Origin: Squalus acanthias
Lineage: Eukaryota
Length of the DNA stretch: 64,000 bases
Assembly: GCA_030390025.1 (NCBI GenBank)
Contig: CM059433.1
Coordinates: 12,650,001-12,714,000 of the forward strand
Reading direction: 5' to 3'
Translations under genes and position numbers: made by a program
Shown: one piece after another, positions 1 to 12,778 of the stretch
Layout of the letters: each line of letters starts with the position of its first letter
Numbering within the stretch: position 1 is the stretch's first letter
Notes under the pieces: model-generated
Seen by the model: the letters and a program-made list of their open reading frames with translations, nothing else
The model's database searches: none
Told to the model about the DNA's origin: nothing

Positions 1-177
1 ACCCGCAAACCCGTGATCTCTTCCGGTCCCGCTGCCGAGTGGGAAATGGAGTAAAAAAATGATAATGAGGTCCTGCCCTTAAATTCAGCAGAACTCCGCA
101 TTCCCAGGATTTATGGGTTTCACACCTGCAAACACGTTCCCCCGCTCCCTCCCCATCTCCCCGTAAATATTAGGGCC

Positions 178-1320
178 CACATCTTTCCAGTCCAAAACAC
201 TACTTTGCATTCTGCTCTCTAACCATCATTTTTATCCATGTGGCCCTATTACTTTTAATGCCATGTGTCAACGTCTTTGACATACGTGGGAACTTAAATA
301 ATGCTTTTTAAGAATTCATATAAACCACATCCACTCATTTCCTTTATCTGTTATTTCTATAAAGAATTCTATAAGATTTGCCAAGCATGTTCTGCCTTTT
401 AAAAATCCATGCTGATTAACCCTCATTAACTCATGTTTCTCCAAGTGCTTAATAATTTCAACGTATATTATAGACTCTTGTAGTTTGCTAACAACTGAAA
501 TAAGACTAACTGGTCTATAATTTCTTGGCTTATCCTTGTTTTATTTTTTTGAAGGAGGAGTCATATTTATCACCGTCCAGTGCTCTGCACAATTTTCCTT
601 TCCAAAGAATTTTGGAAAATTATAATCAATGCCTCTCCTATTTCTTCACAAGCTTTCCTCAATATCTTTGGATGCCAACTATCAGATGCCAGTGATTTAT
701 CCATCTTAAGTTTGAGTAACTTCTTTAGTACCATTACTCTTTCAATAACCTCCACAAATAGGTCTACAGCCATCTAAGAACATAAGAGCATAAGGACATA
801 AGAAATAGGAGCAGGAGTAGGCCATACGGCCCCTCGAGCCTGCTCTGCCATTCAGGAAGGTCATGGTTGATTTTCAACCTCAACTCCACTTTCCCACCTG
901 ATCCCCATATCCCTTGATTCCCCTAAAGTCCAAAAATCTATCAATCTCAGCCTTGAATATACTCAATGACTGAGCATCCACAGACCTCTGGGGTAGAGAA
1001 TTCCCAAGATTCACAGCCCTCTGAGTGAAGAAATTTCTCCTCATTAAATGGCCGACCCCCTTATCCTGAGATTATGCCCCCTAGTTGTAGACTCTCTAGC
1101 CAGGAGAAACAGCCTCTCAGCATCTAACCAGTCAACCCCCCTCAGAATCTTGTATGTTTCAGTGAAATCTCTGGTGGTTCGACAGTCCACTTTTCTGTGA
1201 AAGCTGAGGCAAAGTGATTATTTAGTATTTCTACCATTCCTTTCCTCTACGCTACAAGTTTGCCTCTTTCATCTCTTAGCAGCCTTACCTCAACACCTAC
1301 AACGACTCCCACCACTACCT
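178..1320 (-). mobile_element. Old CR1 LINE RT fragment interrupted by a younger CR1 3' end (about 777-1165)
   Basis: The minus-strand ORF 570-773 resembles the CR1 RT N-terminus (HPKILR..EEIGEALIIIFQNSL). The CR1 tail (aagaacataaga..ggagcaggagtaggccat) starts at about 777. Confidence 0.75.
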
Positions 1321-1424
1321 CTACACATACCCCTACCATTAGCATGACTATCCTCTTACTACTAATGTGGCTATAGAGAGGTTTTTTTTTTGCTGTCTAT
1401 GTTGTTTGCCCCATCTGATGTTAA

Positions 1425-1665
1425 AGATTCAATGGCACTATTCGAAGAAGAGCAGCGGAGTTCTCCTGGTGTCCTGGGCAATATTTATCCATCAATCAAC
1501 ATCACTAAAGATTACCTGGTCATGTATCTCATTTCTGTCTGAGGGATCTTACGGTGCGCAATTTGGCTGCTGTGTTTCCATATATTATAAGAGTGACTAC
1601 ACATCAAAAGTTCTTCATTGGTGGTAAAGTGCTTTGGGATGTCCAGAGGTCACGAAAAGCACCTT
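1425..1665 (+). mobile_element. 5'-truncated DeuSINE
   Basis: aagattcaatggcactattcgaagaagagcag...ttgggatgtcc, homologous to the copies at 6530 and 54294. Confidence 0.75.
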
Positions 1666-1995
1666 CCTTTCCTTTCAGGATAGCACCAAAGTTGAAATGA
1701 TTTGGAAGGAAGATCCAGTAACTCAAGAGTAATGGTTAAGTAATACCAATCTTGGGTTTTATAAGCATGTAGTTGACATGAAGTGAAAACTGAGGGAGGT
1801 AAGGAGTTTCACAGTTTAAGGTCCTGGAACAGTAGTTAGAGTAGGAGATAGCGCAGTGAGTCTTGATTTCAACACAGTGAGGATGCAAGGAGGAGAAAGA
1901 GCTTATAGAACGTAGGAGGAAGAGAAGAAAGTTCAAAAAAGCGCTAGATAAGTATCTGAAAAAGGATGGGATGGAATATCTTGTATAGATATAGG

Positions 1996-2716
1996 TGATG
2001 GATAATTGTCCTGAGTGACATTGATTATGCTATGGTGCCACTTAAATCATAAACCCATCATTATACAGGGCCATCTCTTTTTGGTTCCAGTCCATTTGGG
2101 ACAGTTACTTGTGGAATGCAAATAGTTGTTGCGAACTAACATAAATTGTGATGTCATCTTGGTATATTTTGTGCATGGTTAAATGTAGGGCTCAGAGAGA
2201 AATTTCAGTTTTCTCATACATTTTACCTGTGGTTGTTCATTCTTCGCAGGAGATTAAATAGCTGCACCAAAGTCATCAGAGAATAAATTGTATGCAGTTT
2301 CTGGAGGGAGTGGACTTGATCGGTTGAATGGCTTTCTCTCATTCCCTACTTTAAGTGTGGTGACAGGAAGCAGCAGAATGTAAATAAAGGTGGGCGCAAA
2401 GGAAAATACCTATCTATATAATAGATGCAATATGTGGAAAAGATTTGTAGAAGACATGTCTGATGGCTAGAATCTTTAATGTAATACAATCGATAGCTAA
2501 AATGTATTCATCTTAATAGTAAGGTAACATATATATATAGTCCGTCGAAAGGCTTTTTTTTTGTTCTTGTGTCTATTAAAACTGATATAGCTTGTGGGCA
2601 ATCTTTAACACTGTATTAGGCAGCAGCTGATGGATAATTGTCCTGAGTGACATTGATTATGCTATGGTGCCACTTAAAACATAAACCTATTATTATACAG
2701 GGCCATCTCTTTTTGG
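1996..2716 (+). repeat. 89-bp direct duplication (1996-2084 and 2628-2716)
   Basis: tgatggataattgtcctgagtgacattg...gggccatctctttttgg occurs twice with about 3 mismatches. Confidence 0.9.
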
Positions 2717-4785
2717 ATGGAGGGTCTTTAGATCCCCAGTACAGAATAAAACAGAACAATAGAATTTCTCTTACAATCTACAGATCAACGGAAGCATGTT
2801 CCAAGCTTAATTCCTTGAAGCGGACTAGATTAGTTTTTCAGGCAAGTTTATAATATTTCAATGCCTTTATATATAATTAATAAAAAGAATGAACTCGTTA
2901 AAAATAACTTGACGTTTCACCCCCCCCCCTCCCCCTCCCCCCCTGTATTGGAGGCACCCTATGCTTGCTTTTCTTGTGTCTGCCTTGAAAGCATCATGGC
3001 CGTGGCAAGTCGAAATGGCCGAATACAATCAAGACTTTTCTATATTTTTTTCCTCTGGCCAGAGGCTTTTTTGTTCTTTCTTGTAGGGCCCGAGCTTAGT
3101 TTTCTCATTTCTACTGCTCATCAATACAAAACTGATTTGACGCTGAGCTGTATAATAATAAGCCTTTCACCAGCCAGGCCTGACACTTGCCTTGTAATTA
3201 AGGCCTTGATAGTTGTGTTGATGGGAAATGAAAGAAAATGGCCTTGTTCTCATTCCAGAGAATGATTGCTGGTTCTGGTACTCACCTGAATTCGACCCAT
3301 TCTGCATTGTGAACATGATTGCTGAAGTGTGAGTAATTGCAGTACAGGCAGATGACATTTTCACAAAGCATACTCCCCACTATTCCAAAGGGAATTTGCA
3401 GAATATTTGTCTGTGAAGCTTATCAAATGTGTATTTAAAAATGCCTGTTAAAAAGAAGGGGGGAAATCGCAGACAAATACTAAAATTTTCACCTTAACCT
3501 GCACTTGAAAAACATTAATCCCGCGGTGTCATTTTAATTTTTTTTTGCCCTAAAGAAAAATCAGTGATAATGCTTGTGAGTAATATCACCAAATACAATT
3601 CCTAAAATGTTTCTATCAGGTAGATGCTCCATATTTCATAAAACACCTTTGGAGTAGAAATGAAAATTCTACTACTGTACAAGGCATTGACTTGTCCTGG
3701 ATAAGCAACAATCTGGAATATTAAAGCAGCTGTTCAGGAATGGAGTTTTGAGACAGGAAGCATAGCAAACTGCTTCCATTCCCGTAGCCCTGTCCGAACT
3801 TTCGTTAAAGCCTCGATTCTAAGAAGATGGGGCTGACACAAACAATGCCTGTCAGATCACAGATGCAGTTCCAGTGTCTGGCTGGGGCTGCTGGCCTAGG
3901 TGCTGAAAAAAGAAAAGCATATGCTTGTACTGGGGAAGCAGTAGAAGGGGCAGTGCTCAAAGCAGCTGCAGCCGGCAGAAATAAATGCGAGAAAACCCTG
4001 AACGCAGTTCTACTTTAATGGAGAATTGAAACATATTTCCCCCCCCCCCAAAAATTTGCAAACATTGCGATGTAAGCAGCCAGTTTGGGGGGTTGCCTAT
4101 TCCAAGATCGTTGTACGGTAGATAGGTGTATAAGTCTTGTGTGCACTTGGAACAAGAGAATAATGCTGAGATGTTGCAGAAAGTATTGACTACATGTGTA
4201 AGTAACAGGACGTGAAGTTCAAAGTAGAAACCTTGAAAGTATAAGCCTCTAAACTTAAATATTTATTCGTGGAATCTAAAATACTCATTTTTGGTTTTTA
4301 AATCACCATACAGTGTACCGGCTTACTCTGTTGCTTATTTTGCACTGTATCAGCCAGGGTTAAATAATATTTAGAAGCAAATTTGTTTCTTTCAAATCTG
4401 CAGTGGTGCTTTTCAAGCTATTAGGAGATTTATGGTAGAGCAGCTCTCCTGTGGATGCTGATTTTAGCTGATTATAAACACCGTGCCAGGCCCCCAAGGG
4501 TCCCTTCATTTTCCTGACACACTTGACTGCTGCCCCATTAACACTTCGTCTGTTATTGCAATATACCAATTTTAATTAGTATCATTGAATTTGGAGCTTG
4601 ACGTGAAAATAATGCAGTATATATTTTTTTGTTACGAAAAAGACGTGACTACTTTTACTACTATTCCTTTTTACTGGAAACAAAAGAAGTAAATACACTA
4701 TATATTTTTTTTAGTAATTCCTTTCTGTTTGGTTTTGACACGTTATTTCCCTGGTTTAGATGTTACCTTCTCACATTTTCCATAG

Positions 4786-4901
4786 AAAATGAATTCAGAA
4801 GAAAACTGGTGAATCGGCAGACGTGGACTCACAGCTGCTGTGACAGGCTCAGAGGAGCAAAGTGTGGACCAAAGAAAAATCACGCCACCAAACGACTTCA
4901 G
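4786..4901 (+). other. Candidate upstream (5'UTR or N-terminal extension) exon of MYT1L, 116 nt
   Basis: ttctcacattttccatAG acceptor and CAG|GTACAG donor in non-repetitive sequence. It is stop-free in the frame that would join the ATG exon. Confidence 0.55.
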
Positions 4902-6045
4902 GTACAGAACCATCAAATGAAAGCTCTATTTTGGAGTCTTTGAACAGTTGAGTTTTCCTTGTCTTCTTCAGTCTTTTCCTTCCATTTCTAAAAAAAAAAA
5001 ATGATTGCTAACCGCTGTGATATTATCTGCTTGCTCTTTCATGAGTATTCACAGGCAGTAAAGGAGCTGTATTATTTTTGCATTCACTGTCACCAGATGA
5101 TTCATGGGTAAAAGGCCCCTTTTGCCGTTCGATTAGATGATGCATATGCTGTTCTTGTTGCTAAAAAAAAATCACGCTCCTAAGTAGAATGAGCCTTTAC
5201 AGAATCATGCAGCACTTGATAAGAAAGGAGGCTAGATAAATTGTAAAGCCAGAACGAGATGGGAAGGGGATAAATCATACGCCTATCTAGCTAGGCTTTT
5301 TTTTTAATCAACAGTGATTGTACAATGATGGACTGGCTGCTTTCAGATGCAAAGAGCTATTTAATTTTTGAAACTATTTTTTCAGATGCAGATTTTTGGT
5401 TGTAGGTTCTGTAATTATTTTCAGTTATAGTTTTATGGAAATTTAAAAAAATTGTACCATCGGATAAATGAAGTGCCTAATGCAGCAGCTATTTAAATGG
5501 ATGAAGATTATAAGAGAAAATAAAAATGAGAACAAAAGAACATCCAATAATTATGACGTTTAAATGAAATCAGCAACTAAGTGGTTAACAGAAATCACAC
5601 ACTTATGCATGAAAAAGCAGTGTAGCGTTTCTGTTGGTAGATAGGAAAATCCCAAGCAATGCTGCTTAGCAGGGCAGTTGCACAGACATCCTTGCAATGT
5701 AAATAATGTCTGTAATATTAAAACATTACCAAATTCCATTGAAAAGAGGGTAGAGAAAAAAAAGAGACATGTTATGAATAAATTAGCTATTAGAACTTAG
5801 AATACCAACAATATCATCACACTTCCCTACTTATAGGATGGGTTTCGTTTTGTTTAATATGCAGTGCAACAAAAAATGTTTTTTGCTGTGAATTTTGTAC
5901 ATTTTTCACTGGTCTCTCTCTCTCTCTTCTCTGGCTGCTGTTGTCTACTTCTTTTGAAGTAAGCTGCAAAGAAAAGGAAGGAAGTGGCATTAACGTTGAA
6001 GCGCCTGATGTACCAGGAACGCCAGCTTATTGTTCCATTTTTCAG

Positions 6046-6451
6046 GTGGTGTGTCCCAGACTCTTTGAGTATTTGCGTTGCATATAATTTGAATGGTTGT
6101 TAACCAGATCCTCTGATGGGTAATTTGGTTAAATGCACCATCTTGATGTGGTACTTAGTCATGTAGTCAATGAAAGCCCAAGGTTCACGACTGCAGTGAG
6201 AGCGTTGCAGCAGCCCCTGCATTCGGGAGAGGACAACTGGGGCAGGCTTTCTGCTCTTTGACTGCTATCCAGCCATGCCTGCTGGAAGTGCCTGCTGGTG
6301 CAAAAAGATGGGGCACAGCTATGGTGGGACACGAGGATCGAGTAGTCACCCAGCACTCACTCTCTCCATTCACATGAGCACAAACAAGAGGTTTTACAGG
6401 ACTGCAATCGCCTGTGGAACTATATTTCAGCACTGAGCTGGAGCGTTAAAG
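6046..6451 (+). other. Possible non-coding exon
   Basis: ttgttccatttttcAG acceptor and AAG|GTAAAC donor bracket unique, more GC-balanced sequence. No transcript evidence. Confidence 0.25.
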
Positions 6452-6529
6452 GTAAACGGAAAAATAATGGAGAGGAAAAAAAAGAACTATTTAGAGTAAA
6501 AAAAAATACAAACTTATATCGGACATTGA

Positions 6530-7006
6530 AAAAAAAGAAAGACTTGCATTTATATAGCGCCTTTCATGACCACCGAACATCTCAAAGCTCTTTACAGCCA
6601 ATGAAGTACTTTTGAAGTGTAGTCACTGTTGTAATGTGGGAAACGCGGCAGCCAATTTGCACACAGCAAGCTCCCACAAACAGCAGTGTGATAATGACCA
6701 GATAATCTGTTTTCGTTATGTTGGTTGAGGGATAAATATTGGCCAGGACACCGGGGATAACTCCCCCCTGCTCTTCTATGAAGTAGTGCCGCGGGATCTT
6801 TTACGTCCACCTGAGAGAGCAGAGGGGGCCTCGGTTTAAGGTCTCATCCGAAAGACGGCACCTCCGACAGTGCAGCGCTCCCTCAGCACTGCACTGGGAG
6901 TGTCAGCCTAGCTTTATGTGCTCAAGTCCCTGCGAGTGGGGACTGTGAACCCACAACCTTCTGACTCTGAGGCGAGTGTGCTACCCACTGAGCCACAGCT
7001 GACACT
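6530..7006 (-). mobile_element. Full-length tRNA-head DeuSINE (SacSINE1-like)
   Basis: tRNA-like head (tggctcagtgggtagc...ggttc), Deu core (gtctttcggatgag..aaaccgaggcccc), L2-like tail aaggcgctatataaatgcaagtctttc, and a possible ACATTGA TSD. Confidence 0.85.
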
Positions 7007-8142
7007 ACATTGATAGGTCGGGTCCCCCCTAAAAGGTCCTTAGTACCAAATACTACCCTTTGCTGCTACATAGTGGGGAAGAAGAAATGATCTTAGAACT
7101 TGCGTTGCATTTGACATCCCCTTGGGAGAAATGCAACTGAAATTCTGGTGCACCGACGTGAATACTTGGCGGAAGTGGATTTAAAATGGTCAAACTACAT
7201 TGCTGAAGAATGACGTGTGTTGGTTTATTTTACCGTTCAAAAAAAAAAATGTCTCTTCTTTCTTTACTCCTCTTACTCAGTTTCCTTGCCTCAGCCCCCT
7301 TTCCTTTGGTGGGTGGCCGACTCGCAGGCCATTGCAAAAGCTGCTCCTTATCCTATTGTGAGAGGTGTGCATGAGCACCCCCTAGGTTAATGACTGTCTG
7401 ACTCTTACTCTTGCTCTGTGGAGAAGCACGCGCCTTCTGCTTGGCACCTTCTCACTAATCGGAATTTAACCTTTTGGTGATCCTGTGCCCTAACATTCCG
7501 TCACACTGCTTTCCCTCTTCATCCTGTGTCTGAAATATCCTGATATTTAATTTTTTTGCCGAGACCAATTGTCATGCTTTTTGACTGTTGCCCCCGATGC
7601 GATCAGCCAACTCGGCACAGACCAGAGAATCGACCTGGGACCCGGCTGTACTACATGGCTACATATCACATCGCACGGTGACTAAGTAATCAAGGAGTCT
7701 CTTTTTTTTAAATCATATGCAATGCTAATATATTAGTTTTCAAGAAGGATAGAGCATTGTGCTATTTTCAAGCTTATCTCCTCGCTCAGACAATTGGAGC
7801 TTTCAAGACGGAGATGGATAGATTTTTGTTGGTAAGGGTATCAAGGGATATGGAGTTGAGGTGCAGATCAGCCATGGTCTAATTGAATGGCGGAGCAGGC
7901 CTGAGGGGCCGAATGGCCTACTCCTGTTCCGAATGTTCCGATGCTGCTTGGGTGCTTGAGGTCATGCACCTTCTATGGCAACTGGAGCAATCAGAGCCCC
8001 CTGCTCTCGAGCCTTGGCTAATGTCACTCTTTGTTCTGCTGCCAGGTGTTGCGAAAGAATGAGACAGCCATCGTCCCGCCTTCAGTTTTCTCCTTATCCC
8101 TGAGAAAATACTTGGCTTCTGCTCTGTGTTTTCCCACTCAGT

Positions 8143-8826
8143 GGAGCCGATTTTGTTTACATTATCACGCCGTTTGTTGGCGGGAATAGAGAGGGAGCAA
8201 GACCAAAACCACTTCCCATTCCTGCTGATACCTGCTGCACCGTGTTTTTTGTAGCGGGCCGGGAAATAATCGCCCAGTACTCCCGCCGTATACGGGTGGG
8301 AGGCGCAATAATCTACGCAAATGGGGGCCCTGTGACGTGTTGCAATTTTAGTGTTTTAATGGACAGCAAGCATTCTGCGCAAGCTCACCCAGTACTCTAT
8401 GTAGAGTGGCCTAACCAGTGGTCCTTCAAGAGATGGTGGACGCACTGCCGAAAATGCTCCAGGTTATTTCTTTTAATGACTTTTTGTGTGGGCCTGAAGG
8501 AGCTCCTCCTGACCCTACAAAAATCATTTTGCCTGCCACTGAAACCTCAGCAACCCTCCCCCGCTCAGTGATAGCACGCCCCCCCCCCACCGCCCCCCCC
8601 CCCCACCGCCCCCCCCCCCCACCCCACCTTAATTAAATACTGCTGGCTCGGCTCCATGGAGACTCTGCTGCTGGATTTCCAGTGCCCCAACTCTCCCTGA
8701 TTGGCGGGCTGCCTACCGCCTACCGCCTGCCCAAATGAACAGGGTCAGGAGAAAAGGGACTCCTATATTTCCAAAATTAGAGACCGACCTGAGTGCAGAG
8801 GGGAAAACAGTTAAAGAGTGAGGCCC
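8143..8826. mobile_element. GC-rich MITE-like element (degenerate)
   Basis: Abrupt GC/CpG-rich island with degenerate GG..ATTTT / ..GGCCC ends like the other MITEs here. Confidence 0.45.
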
Positions 8827-9529
8827 ACTGCTGTGAATGGTGTCTGGCACAGAGGGATCTAAGGTGTGCTGCAACACTCAGCAGCACCATGTCATTAAAA
8901 TATATTTTTAACTAATTGATACTAGAGTTGTCGCTATTGTAGCATAGCGTCTGATAACAGGAAATTTTAAAATGTTACCGGAGTCCAAGACACTTGCCCA
9001 TTGTTTGCGTGGACATCCAAACTTCCATTGGAGCAAGCGCTAACATGACCATCATTTTTGTGCTTCCATCTCATTAATTAACAATGACACAGAGTGGATT
9101 GCGAGGAGACATGCCCCCCTGTTCTTATTGGTTGAGAAAGTCAGTAAACACCACCAACAAAGTAATGTAATCAAACATGCTGATCGTAAAGGTTCATTTC
9201 AAAGATTAGTGGTCCAATTCATTGGTGTGCTAACATTTAATTTTCCCCAAATAAGTTTCCGATTTCAGATGACCTTTCTGGGCAATTCCACATTGAAAAA
9301 GGAGGAGAATCTGACAGAGACCAAACCTGAGCTTCCCTAATGCGCCTCTTAGTGACCAGTTAAAGCATGGCTTTGGCTGCTTTGAATGGTATTTGCCAAA
9401 AAGCAACTTTGAGAGGTTGAAAGCAAAGAAAATCTAAACAAACTTTAGGAGTAGGAAATATTGGCTATTTCCCAGATGCCATAATGCACAGTGAATTACG
9501 ACTTTCTGAGTAATTCTATGAGGACATTT

Positions 9530-10396
9530 TTGACATACAGTTCTGGATGAGCAAAAATGTTCTCCAATTAAATATTGGGAAAACCGAAGCCATTGTTTTC
9601 GGTCCCCGCCACAAACTCCGTTCCTTAGCCACTGACTCCATCCCTCTCCCTAACATCTGTCTGAGGCTGAACCACACTGTTCTCAACCTTGGTGTCATAT
9701 TTGACCCTGAAATGAGCTTCCGACCACATATCCGTAGTATAACAAAGACCGCCTATTTCCACCTCCATAACATCGCCCATCTCCGCCCTTGCCTCAGCTC
9801 ATCCGCTGCTGAAACCCTCATCCATGTCTTTGTTACCTCTAGACTTGACTATTCCAACGCACTCCTGGCTGACCTACACATTCCACCCTACGTAAACTTG
9901 AGGTCATCCAAAACTCAGCTGCCCGTGTCCTAACTCACACCAAGTCCCGTTTGCCCATCACCCTTGTGCTTGCTGACCTACATTGGGTCCCGGTTAAGCA
10001 GCGCCTCGATTTCAAAATTCTCATCCTTGTTTTCAAATCCCTCCATGGCCTCGCCCCTTCCTATCTCTGGAATCTCCTTCAGCCCCACAACCCCCCGAGA
10101 TATCTGCGCTCCTCTAATTCTGCCCTCTTGAGCATCCCTGATTATAATCGCTCAACCTTTGGTGGCCGTGCCTTCTGTTGCCTAGGCCCTAAGCTCTGGA
10201 ATTTCCTGCCTAAGCCTGTCCGCCTCGCTACCTCTCTTTCCTCCTTTAAGACGCTCCTTAAACTCTACCTCTTTTACCAAGCTTTTGGTCACCTGTCCAA
10301 ATTTCTTTGTCTTAAAATACTCCTGTGCAGCGCCTTGGGACGTTTTACTACGTTAAAGGCGCTATATAAATACAAGTTGTTGTTGTTGTTGTTGTT
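9530..10396 (+). mobile_element. L2 LINE 3' fragment (RT C-terminus and (TTG)n tail)
   Basis: ORFs 9547-9933 and 9951-10406 carry LQLNIGKTE, SRLDYSNALL, LHWVPVKQRLDFKIL and GPKLWN motifs. The tail is gcgctatataaatacaag(ttg)n. Confidence 0.9.
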
Positions 10397-10548
10397 TGTG
10401 CGATAGTATAAAATGGGAGATCGTGAATTAGCAGTCATTTTACATCTATCCTGATTTCAATGGAAATAAGATTTGGGAGAGATGTAATATGGGCTGCCGA
10501 TTCGCTATCACCCGTTTTACACTATCGCACAAAGTCAACATCTACCCC
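10397..10548. mobile_element. Small palindromic MITE
   Basis: gtgcgatagtataaaatggg / cccgttttacactatcgcac inverted repeat, ending in ctacccc. Confidence 0.6.
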
Positions 10549-10647
10549 TATGTGTTTTAAATTAAGCCCACACCTAAGAGATCCTTCAAAACATTCAGCA
10601 TCATTGCAATAAAATGCTAACTGAAGAAGACAGGCATTAAATCAACT

Positions 10648-11007
10648 GTAAGCTCAATGTAAGCTCGAGGAACAGCACCTCATCTTTTGGTTAGACACTT
10701 TACAGCCTTCTGGACTCAACATTGAGTTCAACAATTTCAGACTATAACCCCTCAGGCTGTTTATGATTCTGCCATCCCCATTTGCAACATTTTATCTCTC
10801 CTGCCTCCTACCCTAGCACAGACTATTCCTTCAGTTCCTCCCCTCCACCCCTTCCCCCTCTCCCTGCCTCTGCACCTGCTTAAAATCTGTTAGATCTCCA
10901 GCTTTTTCCAGTTCTGAAGAAGGGTCCCAGACCTGAAACGTTAACTCTGTTTCTCTCTCTACGGACGCTGCCTGGCCTGCTGAGTGTTTCCAGCATTTTC
11001 TGTTGTT
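10648..11007 (+). mobile_element. Penelope-like element 3' end: GIY-YIG C-terminus plus pLTR with hammerhead core
   Basis: Encodes CKLEEQHLIFWLDTLQPSGLNIEFNNFRL*. Has CTGAAGA-stem-GAAACGTT at 10914-10942 and a 12-bp TSD ATTAAATCAACT (10636-47, 11008-19). Confidence 0.85.
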
Positions 11008-12065
11008 ATTAAATCAACTAGTGTATGTTTGAGGAAAGGAGGACATGTAGAAGAACAATCTAGGCTGTTGTGAAAGTATGCAGTTGCCTATTCCTCTGTG
11101 GGAATTCTCCTGATCTCCCACCATAACTTCAGTGGAAGATTGGTTGAAACCCTGGAGAAATAACGCAAACCTCACAGGAGTTCTACCCCAATAACACCTA
11201 GTTATGTCTTAAACAAGCAGATATAGGTCATCTCATTTATAGTGGAGACACTTCAATCTGCAACAGTGTCTGAGTTTCTGGGGATTCCCTATTAATCTTT
11301 AAAATCATAAAATTATTAAAAATAGCTTTCTTATTGAAACTATGCTTTTCTTCTCTGCATCCTTATTTGCTGTTCTGCTTTCGTTAATTCTCAAAAATTT
11401 GAGCCTCAAAACAATTATAATTAAGCCATTATAGCATCAGTGTCAATTATTAAGGACTTCTATTAAAAAAAATAAAGGCTGCTGTTTTAGTGGTTTTTCA
11501 GCTTATAATTCACAAAACTAATTTGGTGACTAACATAATTATTAACTAGCTTTTGGTTACCATAACCTTTGAAAAAATATCACACTTGATTTTTTTTTAC
11601 TGTTGAGTGGGAAGTAGGGCTTGGCGTGACTTATGTGCAATGTGGTTAGTTTGTTGTCAAAGGTCATTGGCTTTCAATAATGTTTGCCACTGAGTATAGA
11701 AATCAGGAACTGACTGAAACTAATTAGTTGTTAGTGAGCTAATCTTGAATACCATTCTTGAAAAGAACATGACAAAAGGAGTTTGCTTTTGGAGTTGTTG
11801 CCATTTGGAAGAGAATGCAAGAGAGCTTCTTAAAAGTTGTCATTTTCACAGTTTATTTCATGGAGTACTCCTTTGAATTTTATCTCAAGGATAAAAGATT
11901 CATTGTGAATGATTGTAATTCAAAATGAATAGCCATTAACATGCTTACACTTGGTGGTTGCTATATATACTAAACAATGTTATTCAGTGAGAAGTGTGTA
12001 TATTTCTTCCTCATTCTCTTAGGTTGTCAATGGGGAGAATCATTACAAATGCAGCTCAACATAAT

Positions 12066-12778
12066 GGGCCGTATTTTCCGATCGGAGGCTTCCTGCGTGC
12101 GGAGGCCTCCGATCTGGAAAAATCTACGAACTTACCCGAGGGCTCCCGAGGTCCGGACACTTCCGATCCTGGGCCTCTCCAACTCCAAGTGTGCAGGGCC
12201 CACGTATCCCAGAGGCGCAGGCGGTTCGCAAGCGTCACTGGGATCACGTGGGCCATGGGGAGCCAATCAAAGAAGGGAATCTCCCTTCATACACTTGACA
12301 GATAGACCTGTCAAATATATGAATGGAGATCACCCCAAAAACATAGTAAAACTTTAAATAAATTTTAAAAAACATCACCTTTTTAAAATTAGTTGAAATT
12401 ACAATAAATTAAATATTTTAAACAAAAATGTAATTTTTTGAAAAAAATAATTAATGTTTTTTACAGGGCTAAAAATAAACTTACTTTTTTTAAAGTATTT
12501 TTAAATGATAAATTGTGTGAAAATTAAAAAAAAAAAATTTTTCAACTCTAACCTGGTAAAAGCAGGCCTTATGCCTGCTTTTACCAGGCGTAAGAATTCT
12601 AAGGGTTTTCTGTGGGCAGAGGTTCTCCAGAAAGCGGAACTATCCGCCCGCAGAGGCCCTTCTCCAGGGCAGGCGTCCGATCTGTCAAGAGCTTTCTTGC
12701 CTGAAACCGGCATTTCCGATGTCCCGACGGGTGCGCACACAGCCCGTACACACCCGTAGGCATCGGAAAATATGGCCC
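12066..12778. mobile_element. MITE family A (Harbinger-type), copy 1
   Basis: TIR GGGCCGTATTTTCCGAT / ATCGGAAAATATGGCCC, GC-rich arms and AT-rich centre. Flanks AAT/ATT. Confidence 0.85.

Noticed and set aside
4440..4465. REST/RE1-like site (gctctcctgtggatgctga)
   Set aside because: The half-site and spacing deviate from the RE1 consensus, so the match is too weak.
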